From Botryllus schlosseri (taxonomy: Eukaryota): a stretch of DNA of 60,000 nt. The first letter of the stretch is position 1. Every line of letters starts with the position of its first letter. The DNA lies in the NCBI GenBank assembly GCA_051294905.1, contig CM119371.1, forward strand, positions 30,444,001 to 30,504,000. The letters are read 5' to 3'. Below the pieces are notes generated by a model. It worked only from the letters and a program-made list of their open reading frames with translations. It made no database searches and had not been told where the DNA came from. A program made the translations under genes and the position numbers. Below, piece after piece: positions 24,369 to 37,121 of the stretch.

Positions 24369-26135
24369 ATGGTGGTTCAAGTACTCGATGCAGCTGTGCG
24401 GAAAGCCACAAAGTCGAATCGCAACCATTCGTGGATACTGGTGGGATGTTGGCAACTTGAAAACCTGTTGATCACGGATGTAGTCGATCATTCATTGATT
24501 TCGGAGATATGCAACGACGCTGATTCGGCGCTGGAGTTTTTAGAGACATTTTTTCCTGAAGGATTTGAACTAGTCGGCACTTTCAACTCGTGCAAAGAAG
24601 ACGAAACCGTCATCAACTTCCTTAAATCCAAGACAAACGGTTATGTGGTCACGGATTTTGATGGTGATTGTGATTCTGCTATAAAATGTCTCACAATTGA
24701 TGGCAGTGAAGAGACAAATGTGTCTGTGGATGTTATATCAAGCCAGGCGGCTTTGAAGTGTATTGCGGAACATTGCCTGATTTTTTGTGCAAACGAGCAC
24801 TTTTTTTCAACAATCGACACCAGCGATTTGAACGCAATCGCAGACACTTCGTTGGACCAACTGAAACTGCAGAAAAACAAGCTTGAATCTGATAATATAG
24901 GGTTACATTTTCCATCGACAGATGGCTTTGTCTTTGGCGAAAAACACAACGACATCAGCATTCTAAAATTTTTGCAAGTCAACGAAAAGGAAAGAACAAA
25001 AGACTTGCAGAAAACATCGTACTATTCCATGAGGCAATTTTTCGGTGCTGACGTCCGCGTGGACGTCCGTACGTTTGAAAACGCGACAAAGAAGGTCGCT
25101 AAATGCACTGCTCCGTTTGTGAAGCATTCGGAAAATGCGTCGTACCGCGAGGTCGCTTGTGACATACTCGGAATAGCGTTTGTGAATAAGAACGCGACAG
25201 TTTTTCAGACAAAAATTGCGATTCGAAGATCGATTATGCGTAACATCGCGAATACATGCGGTATGTTGCGGTATCAATTGCGATCTCTTGAAAATAACGA
25301 TTCTGTGACACTGAACGATATGAAATCTTCCATATTTTGCCTTCCTGATGGCGTGTGTGTGCTGAATTTTTGCCAGCCTACAATTCTGACTGATGAGAGA
25401 TATAAATCATTTCGTGAGCAACTGCACAAGCTCTTTTTAATCAACGCCGATCGTCCTACATTTACGATACTAAACGCTGTAGGATTACAGGACAAATCAC
25501 AAGTACTATTGAACACCCATATCGGATTAAAGCCCGCAGTTATGGATGGTGGGGAAGTGTCTACAGTGTACGGCATCTACGGGTATCACCATTACATGCA
25601 AGATCGTATCGATGATAACGGATGGGGTTGCGCTTACCGTTCATGCCAGACTATTATATCGTGGTTTCGTTACCAAGGATATACAGACGTGCCCGTACCA
25701 TCACACCGGGAGATTCAAGCAGCCTTAGTTGCTGTTGGCGACAAAGAGAAAAGATTTATCGGGTCAAGGCAGTGGATAGGCTCGATAGAAATCAACAATG
25801 TCTTAAGCCATTTGCTGGAAGTTACATCGAAAATAATGTTCGTCAGCCGTGGCTCTGAATTGGCGTCGAAAGGTCGCGAACTAGCTTTGCATTTTAAAAG
25901 TCAAGGCACCCCGGTTATGATCGGAGGCGGCGTGCTGGCGCATACGATTTTAGGCGTGTGTTTTTCGGAAGTCACGGGCGATACTAAGTTTTTGATTTTG
26001 GACCCTCATTATACTGGCGATGAGGACTTGAAAATCATACAGTCGAAGGGTTGGTGTGGTTGGAAGGGTAGTAAATTTTGGGACCAGAACGCTTATTATA
26101 ACTTATGCCTCCCTCAAAGACCTGTCGCCTACTAA
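24369..26135 (+). CDS. UFSP2: UFM1-specific cysteine protease, long form (peptidase C78), 588 aa, single coding exon
   Basis: [21 protein letters not shown] (catalytic Cys), [34 protein letters not shown] (Asp/His), GWCGWK, FW....YNLCLPQRP. Confidence 0.96.
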   Translation: MVVQVLDAAVRKATKSNRNHSWILVGCWQLENLLITDVVDHSLISEICNDADSALEFLETFFPEGFELVGTFNSCKEDETVINFLKSKTNGYVVTDFDGDCDSAIKCLTIDGSEETNVSVDVISSQAALKCIAEHCLIFCANEHFFSTIDTSDLNAIADTSLDQLKLQKNKLESDNIGLHFPSTDGFVFGEKHNDISILKFLQVNEKERTKDLQKTSYYSMRQFFGADVRVDVRTFENATKKVAKCTAPFVKHSENASYREVACDILGIAFVNKNATVFQTKIAIRRSIMRNIANTCGMLRYQLRSLENNDSVTLNDMKSSIFCLPDGVCVLNFCQPTILTDERYKSFREQLHKLFLINADRPTFTILNAVGLQDKSQVLLNTHIGLKPAVMDGGEVSTVYGIYGYHHYMQDRIDDNGWGCAYRSCQTIISWFRYQGYTDVPVPSHREIQAALVAVGDKEKRFIGSRQWIGSIEINNVLSHLLEVTSKIMFVSRGSELASKGRELALHFKSQGTPVMIGGGVLAHTILGVCFSEVTGDTKFLILDPHYTGDEDLKIIQSKGWCGWKGSKFWDQNAYYNLCLPQRPVAY

Positions 26136-27363
26136 TTTTCTTGTATTCTGCAGTGCAATACAATGTGTGCATTCTGAGTGGAGATATTTTTGCTTTGTCA
26201 AAGAGGTTTTGTTTTTGCGTTTTGTGAAGAGAATTTACTACATAGAATTGGAGTTGAATGTGACCATTTTTTCTGACTCTTCGATCTTATATTTGACAGG
26301 GTTTGTATTTTGATGTTTGGTCTCTATGGTGAAGTATTAAAGTATTTTCTGGCGGCTTACACCAATACCCACGGCCCAGGTTGACGCTTGGTTCACAAGT
26401 TAGCTACCATCTAAAATTCGGAGCTAAAGTCATGACTAATTGGTGACTATTTAAAGGTTATTGGTTTGCAACTGGCCTATTAATATACCGTGGTATTAAT
26501 GCTTGTCTGAAAAATTTATCAATTTGGTATCGTAATTTTCATGTCAGGCAAATGATCGATTTTGTCAAAAGGATGTTGGAAGTAGTTTTTGTCGCTTCAA
26601 ATATTTTAATATATTGTCTTCATATTGTAATCACAAATTAAATTATGACTAGTTCAACCAATGCTTACACTTTGGTGCAGGATGATGTTTCTTGATGCTG
26701 TTGATCAAGTAATGATATCCTAATTACTCTTGTATAATACGCTGCCTTCGAACGCACATATTTTTACCGATGTTGGGCTAGTTGCTATTATGTTGCCAAC
26801 ATCACTTTGCAATATGATTTTTTTTATTTTCTTGGGTATATATATATATATAGGCCTATATATGTATCAGGAGTTGGGAGTTATCAAGGGTGGTAATTTT
26901 TTTGGTGTCTTTTGTGTATACGTTGGGGCAGGTGAGTGCAACCTTTTGTACGAGTTGAAGGGAAATTGGAAACTCATTTTGTGTGCTGCACACCATTAAA
27001 AATTGTCATTGTTTGTGGACGGCACAAATTTTCTCTTGGAACCGACAGATTGAAGCCCTTGCCCTAGTAAAATGGTGATGCCAGAATTTTTATGTCATTT
27101 TGAAATAGGCCTAGTCGCCTAGATCTGTGTTGCTTGGAACACAGACAACACATTTGCAATGGAATTTTGAGACAATGTTATTACCTGCTCTATGACTACA
27201 AGGGTATCTGACATGCCCATAATGCCGCCATCAATTTGTGTCTTAGCTTACAATGGTGAGGTGGTCCAAGTGGTAGGCCTGATGAAGTTTGAACTCTGAG
27301 GTCTATCTGGTTTTGATCAATTCAGTGATGTGATTGAATATGATCGATTTTCTGCTTTTCCAG

Positions 27364-27628
27364 ATGGCATATAATAAATATATTGGCTTTTCTCTGCATG
27401 TGTTGTCAATCCTCTCGTTCCTGTACAGTTTCTCAATAGTGCTGCGGCTAAGCATTCATGTTTGGGCTGAAAATGTATGGACGCTACCTGTCTTCCTATT
27501 TGGTATCATCTCCATTCCGTATGTCGGATACAGCATTCGATCTTATGGCGAAGTGGTTTGGAAAATGGTGGTCTTGAGAATTTTCAAACCCAAGTATCAA
27601 GACGTCTTCGATAAGCATACATATGAAA
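27364..27628 (+). CDS. THEM6: THEM6-like thioesterase, coding exon 1 (hydrophobic N-terminus)
   Basis: ATG directly after a TTTTCCAG acceptor; phase-1 donor A|GTGAGT joins DVFDKHTYE-S-MVLPSD, matching the THEM6 DLLAEQRFPGRVLPSD spacing I recall. Confidence 0.75.
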
Positions 27629-27754
27629 GTGAGTCTTCGTCCATTATTGTACGTTTAGCTAAGACCGTCATTGGTCAGTACTTTTAGTAGAGCTGAGAAC
27701 CGAGGTTGGTATACTGGTACTACGTTCTATTTATATGATACCAGCATGGTTGTC

Positions 27755-28792
27755 TAGGGCCATTTAAAGTCATTACAGTCATATTTTTTTCTATGCATCA
27801 GTAAATCGTGAAATCAATTTTAACGCGAAAACTACGTCCCTCTGGGGTATATTAAGAAAGTTATAAAGTCATATTTTCCTTGTTAGGTCATATTTGAGTT
27901 ATAAAGTCATATTGTTGTACACTTTAAATAAAAAGTGCCAATTTAGGCGGTGAAGCAATTAAGCACTAAGAAAGTAGGGCAATATCTGATTAAACGAAGG
28001 CAAGCTGTAAGGTTAGCCTACATCGCATTTCAGTCACAGACCTTTGAGGTCACACATTGCATTATGAGGTCACACATTGCATTGTGTTGCTACACAATCT
28101 GTTTTACTTCTGTGCGCTGAAGTAGGACGTCATTTGAAGTTCAGTCAGTGGGTAGGCAGGATAAAAAGCTCTATCTTGATCTAGTTATATACAAATACAT
28201 TTGGATTTGAATAAAATAGTATTTACGATGGGCACCACGATAATAAATAATTGAAGAATTGGTCACCGAAATATGCCTCCACTACAACAATATTTCAAAC
28301 TTGACACAGAAAATGGAAAGTTGTACGTACACCATCAGAGAGGCTAATGCTGATCTAAATGCCCTTGATTTCAGAAAAGATCCGCTTGAGCTCAAAAAAT
28401 GCATTAGGAAGCGATTGGACAAAAACGATGTGAAACAAATTGTGGAGCTACAAAGGCAAGACATTTCACCAGCGCTGTATGCAAAACTGCAGAAGTGTCA
28501 ACCCACATCAGCGTCTGTGGAGCGCTCATTTTCCTTACTAAAGTCATTTTTACATCCAAATTTTCACTTTAAAGACTCCAACATTCCACACTACATGAAA
28601 CTGTACTACAACAGTGGTTTAAAATAAAAATGGATGCGTATTACTGTTATATGTTGTGTGTGTTTTACTCGTCATTTCCATGAGTGACGTTGGTTAACCT
28701 ACATGTAAAAATACACTATTTTCACATAAAGTCATATTTTCCATAAAATAAAGTCATATAATTGATTTTAAGGTCATATAAAAATGGCCCTA
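27755..28792 (+). mobile_element. hAT deletion derivative with transposase C-terminal (dimerisation) remnant, in THEM6 intron 1
   Basis: TIRs TAGGGCCATTT / AAATGGCCCTA; ORF 28259-28627 contains CQPTSASVERSFSLLK; no TSD seen. Confidence 0.8.
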
Positions 28793-30545
28793 GTAATGAC
28801 TCGGCTCACGATTTTGTGGTGATTCGCCTTGATTCTAGTCATTTTTCCATATTGTGCGTAAAATGACTCAACTAGGATGGCCAAGACGGACATTTCGATA
28901 ATTTTGAAGAATAGTAAAGTCACATTATTGGTGTTTCATCTAGCAGTCCTGATACTTGGAAAATGGGGCCAGAAACTGTTCGGACTGAAAAAAATTACTG
29001 TATTACGAACGCGAGCCATTCTATATCACTCGATCAGAGTTAAAAAAAGTGGTCAATCAGTTCTGATACTTGAAAATACGGCCAGAAACTGCTAGGACTG
29101 GGGAAAATTATTACATTATGAATGCGAGCCATTCTATATCGGGCATAGTTGAAAATGTTGGATTGAACCAGATTGAACTCATAACTGAACAGAGAACAGA
29201 ATGACTTGAACTCAGACTCAGGTCACAATACTATGCCTAGGACTCGACCCTCTACTCTCATGGACTTGGCTCGGTGTTGAATTGAAAATGGCTCGACTTG
29301 ACTCGAATCAAAACTATAAAAGTGAGATTGATTTGTTACTCGGAACCTTGCGACTTGGTTGCAGACTTGGACAACTAGAAAATTTTCAGCTTCTCTGAAT
29401 TAGATTAGAATTAGAATTAGAGCTACACAGATTATTTCAAATTAGATTAGAATTAGAGCGACACAGCTTTTTCCAAATTAGACTAGAATTAGAATTGGCT
29501 AGGCTATCTGATTTGGCTATCTGATTTGAGATTTTGGAAATAGGTGAAATAAAGCATTTTAAAATGCTAAAATTAATTTCAGTTTCAAATTATTATTGTT
29601 GTGTCAAAATAAAGTATTCGTCCATGCCCAACAACATTATTCCGCACCAGCTGAAACGGCTTCGGCGATGGCAACAGCATTCCATCGATGGAGAGTCCGC
29701 TAATATCAATAAGCATAAGCATGGGGTGCAATGGCGCAGACACTGCCAAGACAAAGACGGTTAGACAACGACATAGGACGTTCCCACAAGATCAATCTTT
29801 ATGATGAGATAGTCTTTCAGCTGGTAACATGTCCCAATATCGATTCATTCGTAGTTGGAAAGCGTTCTCGGGTATTGTGCGCAACTCATATAGTTTAAAA
29901 TACAATGACGTTTATGTTCATGCTATTTCTTTCGTATTAACCATTAGCATCGCCCATGTTAGTCATAACGGCATTGAACTAATGTAAAGCTTTAAAAACT
30001 AGAATGTTGTTCGCAGACTACAAGCTACTATGCTCACAGGCCATTATTCGCCACAATAACTACTATGACTGCACGGTGTAAGTAAGGCGATGGCGACTTG
30101 GCACTGGATTTCCCTGCGCGAGATAAATATCCTTGTTAACTCACTGCAAAATGCCTCGGACGAAGAGGCATTTTCAGGAAAACAATAAATTAGATTAGAA
30201 CTAAAATTAGAGCATAGGGACATTTCACAAATTTGAAAATGAAAAAGCCATATGGCATTCCGCTTCACCAAAAAAGAATTCATGAAAAATGTACTTTGAA
30301 GGTGTATGGTTGCTGTATATAAAATTGAATTTTCAAATTGGACTTCAGTGCCCCACCAATTAGCCAGTTGATGAATGCTGAGTTGGCAACCTAACAATTC
30401 TTTGATAATTTATTGTAGGCCTACTATTATTACAAATCAAAATCTGGAAGACAAAAATTCCAAACCCAAACTCTCTTAGCATATCAGAGGTGGTCTGATA
30501 TTTTTTCAAAACTACAATTGTTTATCAATGTTTTTCTTTATTCAG

Positions 30546-30757
30546 GCATGGTGTTGCCAAGCGACTGCGACGTGTTCAACCACATGAACAATTCTCGTTA
30601 CTCTCGAGAAGCCGATTTTGCCCGGGTCAGATTTTACGTGGACACCGGGCTGATGAACTATTTCCAAGAGAAGCGAAATCATTGGATTATGACCGCAACC
30701 GTGGTCAGATACCGTCGCTCCCTCGAAGTCTTCCAGGCTTTCCGAGTTCAAACAAGG
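30546..30757 (+). CDS. THEM6: THEM6-like thioesterase, coding exon 2
   Basis: VLPSDCDVFNHMNNSRYSREADFAR...VRYRRSLEVFQAFRVQTR hot-dog-fold signature; TTCAG acceptor, AGG|GTAAGG donor. Confidence 0.9.
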
Positions 30758-30829
30758 GTAAGGCTATGGCAGGGGTTGCCAACCTTTTTATGATTGCGAC
30801 CCCGAATTTCAATTTGAAAATGTGCCGCG

Positions 30830-31407
30830 CAAGGTTGCGACCGAATCACATGGCTCCGAGTCACAAGTCAATCTCTCTTTTATAGTTTTGACTCGAGTCA
30901 AGTCGAGTCATTTCAATTCACCACCGACTTAAGTCCCAGTCCAAGTAAGCTAGTAGAGGGTTGAGTCCGAGTCATAGTGTTTTGACTCGAGTCCGAGTCC
31001 AAGTCATTATGTTCAGTTTTCAGTTTGCAGTTCAATCCACATTTTTCAACTCAGCTCGAGTGATGTAGAATGGACGCATTCATAATGTAATAATTATCCT
31101 CAGTCCTAACAGTTTCTGGCTGTATTTTCAAGTATCAGGACTGATAGACCAAATAGCAATAATGTGATAACTTTACTATTCTTCGAAGTTACAATGAAAT
31201 GCTTGTCTTGGCCGTCCTAGTCTCGAGTCATATGACTTGATTCGAGTCATGCACAATGACTCGAGTATAAGTCGAGTCTACAAAAATTGTCTTGAGTCGA
31301 GTCATTTTACGCATTTGAAAAAATGACTCGAGTCAAATCGAGTCACCAAACAATCGCGACTCGAGTCGGACTCGAGGTGAGTCATGACTCGAGTCATTAC
31401 AATCCTG
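30830..31407. mobile_element. hAT MITE rich in GACTCGAGTC; relatives at ~28793-29360 and ~31636-32482
   Basis: 8-bp TSD GTGCCGCG; repeated palindromic subterminal motif. Confidence 0.8.
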
Positions 31408-32069
31408 GTGCCGCGACCCTTCTCTCAATTTGGCGTGCTGTTTACTAAAAAAATGGTCAGCACCTTCACTCAGACTAAAAATTTATTCAGAAATGAGCTG
31501 ACGATATCATCCGGTTTATTGGCATTCCTGTAATAGTCATTGATATTTAATTTTTGTCTCTGTGACCCCAAGACGACTCGTTAGCTGTAATCGTCAGCAA
31601 CTAGTAAAGAATTGAAGAGAACATTGTACATCAACCAAGCATGTAATGACTCGAGTCACGATTTCTTGGTGACTCGACTTGACTCGAGTCTTTTTCTTGA
31701 AAATGAAGAATGACTCGACTCGAGTCAATTTGTCTATTGATTCGAATTGTACTAGAGTACTTGCGCATGACTCGAACCAAGACATATTACTCGAGACTGG
31801 GTCCACGAAGACAGGCATTTCATTGTGATTTCCAAGAATAGTATAGTTATCACGCTATTATTATTTCTTCTATCAGCACTGGTACTTAAAAATGCTACCT
31901 GAAACTGTTAAAAGTGAGGAAAATTAGTATATTAAGAATGCGAAGCATTCGACATCACCGAGCAGAGTTATAAAAAGTGGGTTTCACAAGACATTAACTC
32001 GGAACTGAACAGTCAACACAATGACTCGGACGCGACCCTCTACTCGCTGACTTTGACTTGACTCGGTGG

Positions 32070-32398
32070 TAGGGTTACCATATTTTGGAAATCTGAAAAG
32101 AAGACACTTTTTCAGAATTATCAGGCTTGCAAAACCGGAGGGAAATTCTCAATAAATGATAAATTTTTCCCGCTTTGTGGTCGGTTGACTTGAAAAAAAA
32201 AGGTCAACTTTCCACTCGGCTCCCAAAATCCCCACCGCAGCGTCACTTCGGTGCTGATTTACGGCATCTCAGGCGAATGTTGCTATAAATATGACCAAAA
32301 GTTCAAAAAAGAGGACCAAAGGGCGTCCTTCGAGGACACTATCAAAAAAGTCAAAAAATAAGATAAATCCTGTTAAAAGAGGACATATGGTAACCCTA
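32070..32398. mobile_element. hAT MITE (TAGGGTTACCATAT family)
   Basis: TIRs TAGGGTTACCATAT / ATATGGTAACCCTA; 8-bp TSD CTCGGTGG; relatives at ~39060-39690. Confidence 0.9.
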
Positions 32399-32487
32399 CT
32401 CGGTGGTGAATTGAAAATGACTCGACTTGACTCAAGTCAAAACTATAAAAGTGACATTGACTTGTTACTTTGTTACAACCCTTATAT

Positions 32488-33214
32488 CAGGGGTGGCCAA
32501 CCTTTTCAGCCAGAGTGCCACATTTGATTGACGAACTATTGGGCGGGCCACTAACCGTGTAATGCGCCAAAATTTTTTGAAGTTCATAGGTCAATAATAT
32601 TGTCACTTGACTATATTGCGAGCCTGCTGTATATCGCTGGGATCAGTTTGCAAAGAATGGACTATTCGGCACCTGGACATATCGATATCAAAAGCTTCGA
32701 CCAACATGCGTCAATCATTTTGTGCCTATGTTTCATAGTCGCAGAGTCGCAAGGTCGTATATGTTGAACGACACTTCGTCTCGTAATCGCGAATATAGTT
32801 AGACTCAATCTGATAGTTAGACTCAATCTGATACATTAGGCGTTCTTTCATTTTCAGAAAGGGGTAATAATATTAAAAGCAAGAAATTGAGTGATAAAAT
32901 GTTGCCCGAAGCGTGCAGAAAATTTTTACTTTTGATAAATCTATCGCAAATTATTCTGCTTTATTGTAGTGTACGAAGATCTACCAAAAATGTAACTGGC
33001 TCATGGATTTGCCAATGCGTCGGAACTGATATTTTTGTCATCACATCTCAAGTGTTGCGGCCAGACTAATCAAATTTTTGGTTGACCTTGCAAGTTCACA
33101 ATTTGTGCAATCCAGTTTTGATAATATTAATAATTTTGGAAATTACGTCGCGGGCCACTCAAAACCTTCTTGCGGGCCAAATGTGGCCCGCGAGCCACGG
33201 GTTGGTCGGCCCTG
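32488..33214. mobile_element. hAT MITE
   Basis: CAGGGGTGGCCAACC ... GGTTGGTCGGCCCTG; 8-bp TSD CCTTATAT. Confidence 0.85.
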
Positions 33215-33373
33215 CCTTATATCAAGAATCGTATCATGAAATACGACGCCATCGGCATGAAATTACGAATGATAGAGTCGAACAGATAGCTCAAGCTCAA
33301 TGTACTATTTTATACGGGTTTATTTTGATATAAATATACTATTAAATTGGTTATCGAAGTTCTTTACCTCTAA

Positions 33374-35025
33374 AGGCTGTATCAGACGAGGCGATGTCGG
33401 CGGAGCGTTAGTGTTTGTTTTATCATCGCTGCCATCGGCCGTATCGCCGCCGATTTTAATTGACAGTGTCAATTAACTCGGCGACATCGCCGGCGATGAG
33501 AGAAGTGGGAGATGCGCTCATGCGTATCCATATATAAACCAGTGTCGAGACATGAATTGCGTCACTTTTGCTCAAGCCGTTTGGCGGACGGACCTTCTGG
33601 CGAGGCATTGCAAAACGAATTACTGCGATGTAGTACAAAATTATTGAGCCGCTCCACTTATCCAGTATAAGCCGGCGTTGCAAAATCGGATGCACCCACC
33701 ACCTTCGAGTAGCACCAGCACGCGCACATTCTTCTACAGCTATCATGGCAGTCAAAACTCGTGCTACTTTCAACTTTTTTGACCTACCCTTACAAATACC
33801 ATACTACCATGGTTCAGAGAAGGTTTCATTCGACAAGACATTGCGGCATGAACACATTGGACAGACATCATAACCATATCGCAGAATTAGTTTCGAATAT
33901 TTTCGGCTAGTTGTAACTTTGTTTCTGGATAATTTTGACCAGACGTGACTTTTGACTTCAAGTCGAAAGAAAAAAAATCGTCAGCTCGGCAACCAAAACG
34001 GACAGTCTACCTCTTGTTATTAGGGCTGGGCAAAATGATTCGAGTACTCGAATCTGAATCGAGTAGTAATTTTAATGATTCGAGTCGAGTAGTAAAAGAC
34101 GATTTTTTCGAGTACTGAAATTATACGGTCTTCGCAACTGAAAGTTAATTTACTGACGAGAATTATAGTTTTGATACTATTTTCCACTGAGGAAGCCGTG
34201 AAACCTTGATTGGCCGTGTTTGAGCATACCAGGCACAGTTTAAAGCTACTAACGTTACTGGAAATAACACATTTCCGAAGTCATTATCATCCAACAAAAT
34301 TGTTAAGAAGTGCAATGAAATCGGTATGGCCGAAAAAATACCAAAGTATCTTTCATGTGATGTATAACAGGTATTACGTTCTTTGTGGCGGTATAAAAGG
34401 TTCATATTTGGACTTCGACATAGTGCATTCGGTTGTGACGTCATAATGAGTGATACTCGATTACTCGACTCGACTCGAAGCATATTACGTGATTCAGAAT
34501 CGAATCACTCAGGTACTTGATTTTGCCCAGCCCTACTTGTTATAGGACTGGTAGCACTCTAAAGTTGTTTTGTCAAAGGTCCAAGCAAATATAAACCAGC
34601 CAACTCTAGGCCCTAAATGTATCTAGCTCAGCTGCACAATTGGGATTCTTCGGAATATTTATTCTGTTCGGATTTTCTGGATTATGGACAAGATTTTTCG
34701 GATTTGCATGAGTATTTGGATGAGATTGTTCGTATTCGGAAGGATTGCTCATCAGAGCTTTGAGCTGTCGGATGGATTCGGATTCTCAGAAATCACTATC
34801 CGCCCATCACTGATCATAATACGGTAGTATGTACGTTGTACACTGTGCAGTGTACCTGACCTGTACAACAACAAAATACCGATTCGCAAATGTCAATCAT
34901 CCCCGAGCAGGTTTAAATGCAACGGGTCAACGCCTTCTGAAACTAATCAAGTGCGACGATCTCTCACATGATGGTAGAGAAATTATCGGCCGACATCGCC
35001 GGCATCGCCTCGTCTGATACGGCCT
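33374..35025 (-). mobile_element. PIF/Harbinger deletion derivative
   Basis: TIRs AGGCTGTATCAGACGAGGCGATG / CATCGCCTCGTCTGATACGGCCT; TAA TSD; RRWWVHPILQRR transposase N-terminal remnant on minus strand. Confidence 0.85.
34021..34535. mobile_element. hAT MITE nested in the Harbinger element
   Basis: TIRs TAGGGCTGGGCAAAAT / ATTTTGCCCAGCCCTA; 8-bp TSD CTTGTTAT. Confidence 0.9.
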
Positions 35026-35071
35026 TAAGAGCTTCCTCATATGCAACATCGAATCAAAATATCGATTTCAG

Positions 35072-35320
35072 CTGATTTACTGGAAGGACGACAATGTCTA
35101 CGTGGAACACCGATTCATTACCAAGAGCGACAACACGGACTTTGTCAGCGCCATCATTTTATCGCAAATGCGGATTTTGGGCAAGGGCAATGCGGACCGT
35201 GTGTTCTGTGAATTTTTAAAGACGCCGACACCGCCGGAACGCCCCGACATTACCGAAGAACTGCAGCATTTTTTGAATCACATCGAAACCAGCAGGAGTA
35301 GTCTAAGGAAAGATCGCTGA
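35072..35320 (+). CDS. THEM6: THEM6-like thioesterase, last coding exon (spliced product ~241 aa)
   Basis: TTTCAG acceptor, phase 0; LIYWKDDNVYVEHRFIT...PDITEELQHFLNHIETSRSSLRKDR* matches the THEM6 C-terminal pattern. Confidence 0.9.
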   Translation: MIYWKDDNVYVEHRFITKSDNTDFVSAIILSQMRILGKGNADRVFCEFLKTPTPPERPDITEELQHFLNHIETSRSSLRKDR

Positions 35321-35487
35321 TTGTGAATAAGGCGGGAGGTCAAATATGTACCTTTTATGCGGCTGTAAAGAATGCAATGCTGGCTTTACAACACATAAAA
35401 GATAATTTTGTATTTTGATGACCGCATAATTGCCTGTTTCATTGCGCTCTGCGACAATGCTATGAATTGATTTAGGTCAGGTGTGTC

Positions 35488-35915
35488 TAGGGTTGCATTT
35501 AAAACAAACGGTGTTTTAAAACATTTTGTTTAAAACAGGTTTCAAACATTGATTTCATCAAAGGCCTTCTAAAAATAATTGTGTTTTTTTAAGTTGTAAA
35601 ATTACGCCATAATTGTGTAAATACTTTCCAAAAAACATGCTCTATGAGCCTACGGACAATTACCACCCGATATAGCCGACGTATACGGTATGGGATGGTT
35701 GAAACCCTCAAAATAGTAGCTTCAACATTATTAGTATAGATATTTCGTCAAAGTTGCTATATTTACCCTATAGTTTCAATTATCAATGTCGTTCGACTAT
35801 GACGCCACAATTGAATATTCGTTTAAAAAAAAACAATAAAAAAACATGTTTCAAATTAGTGCCTGGTTTTAAACATGTTTGTTTTAAATTGATGTTTGTT
35901 TTAAATGCAACCCTA
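35488..35915. mobile_element. MITE (TAGGGTTGCATTTAAAAC family); relatives at ~52590-53062, ~53464-53672, ~54405-54924
   Basis: TIRs TAGGGTTGCATTTAAAACAAAC / GTTTGTTTTAAATGCAACCCTA; degenerate 8-bp TSD. Confidence 0.8.
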
Positions 35916-36321
35916 AGTGTGCCCAACCTGCGGCCGCAGAAGGAAATTTGTGCGGCTGTCGACACGCAATTCAATTAGTATGTCTTGGCGGTCGTCGACA
36001 TGAGAATTGAATTTACGAATTGACTCGAGAATTTCTGAGAGATTTTAATTAGTATTTAAATTCTGTTCGCGCTGCGCGCGATTCAATGCGACTTCAGCGC
36101 TCTTTGCAAACTGAGCAGTACATGGAACAGATGTGAACAGCTGGAGAAAATGATGCGCCCCATATAGAAATACCATTTTGGAATCGCGTGCTCGTCACGA
36201 AAGAAAATTGTTTCTGGTATGTTTGTTTGATTCCAATATCTTTCCACTATACCGACAATCCTGATGGGAGGTCAAAATATAACACCTCTTTTCAGGATAT
36301 CAAAATATGGTAACCCTAGAT

Positions 36322-37121
36322 CAGGGGTGGCCAACCTTTTTGTCATTCGCGGCCACATTTCGACTATTCATGTAGCCTACGGCCGCATTCCAGGGCATAG
36401 CCGTAATGAATGAGATGGACGCCAAATACCCATGTTAAAGTGTCTATGTCGATTTCCGGTGAACTCGGGACTAATCTAATTGATGATATAGGCTTACTAT
36501 ACGCACCGGAATCTCCAGAGATCACTGGTAATGTTAAGGAACTGTTTATAGCCGCGCCAAGCGCGAATAAAATATCAGATTCCCTAATGAAGTTCGTCAT
36601 TAATATTAGTACCGGTTGTTTCAAATATTACTATGAAAAATTTACCCTGTGTCAGCCCATGTGATCAGATTCACCGGTATATAGGGTTGATGCAGGAGGT
36701 GTTTTCGAAAATTTAGAGCAAGTTATAGATTATGATGCATCTTCGGGTGGGCCAATTGTTATTAGTCACATTGTTACATGCTGTTATTTCTTGACCTCCA
36801 AACAGGATTGTCGATATAGTGAGGAGCACACGATTCCGAGTGGGTATTTCCATATGAGGCGCATCATTTTCCTCTTATGTTCGCATCTGTGTTAGGGGGC
36901 TCTGATTGCAACGGGAGCTACTATATTAAAATCGAAAAATGAAGGCAAATTGCCCAGCGCGAAGAAAATTTCAAGATTGAATAATATCATTCAAGAAATC
37001 AGGAGTCAATACATTAAACTCAAATTGCATGTCGACGGCCGCCAACACATAGCCTACTAATTGAATTACGTGTCAACGGCTGCACAAATTTCCCTCTACG
37101 GCCGTAGGCTAACCACCCCTG
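36322..37121. mobile_element. hAT MITE (same family as 45826-46588)
   Basis: CAGGGGTGG TIRs; 8-bp TSD CCCTAGAT. Confidence 0.9.

Noticed and set aside
24641..25858. Overlapping and antisense ORFs within UFSP2
   Set aside because: Shadow frames of a real CDS with no independent signal
29398..29497. Telomeric repeat
   Set aside because: Units are TTAGA/TTAGAA and degenerate, not TTAGGG; probably a repeat terminus
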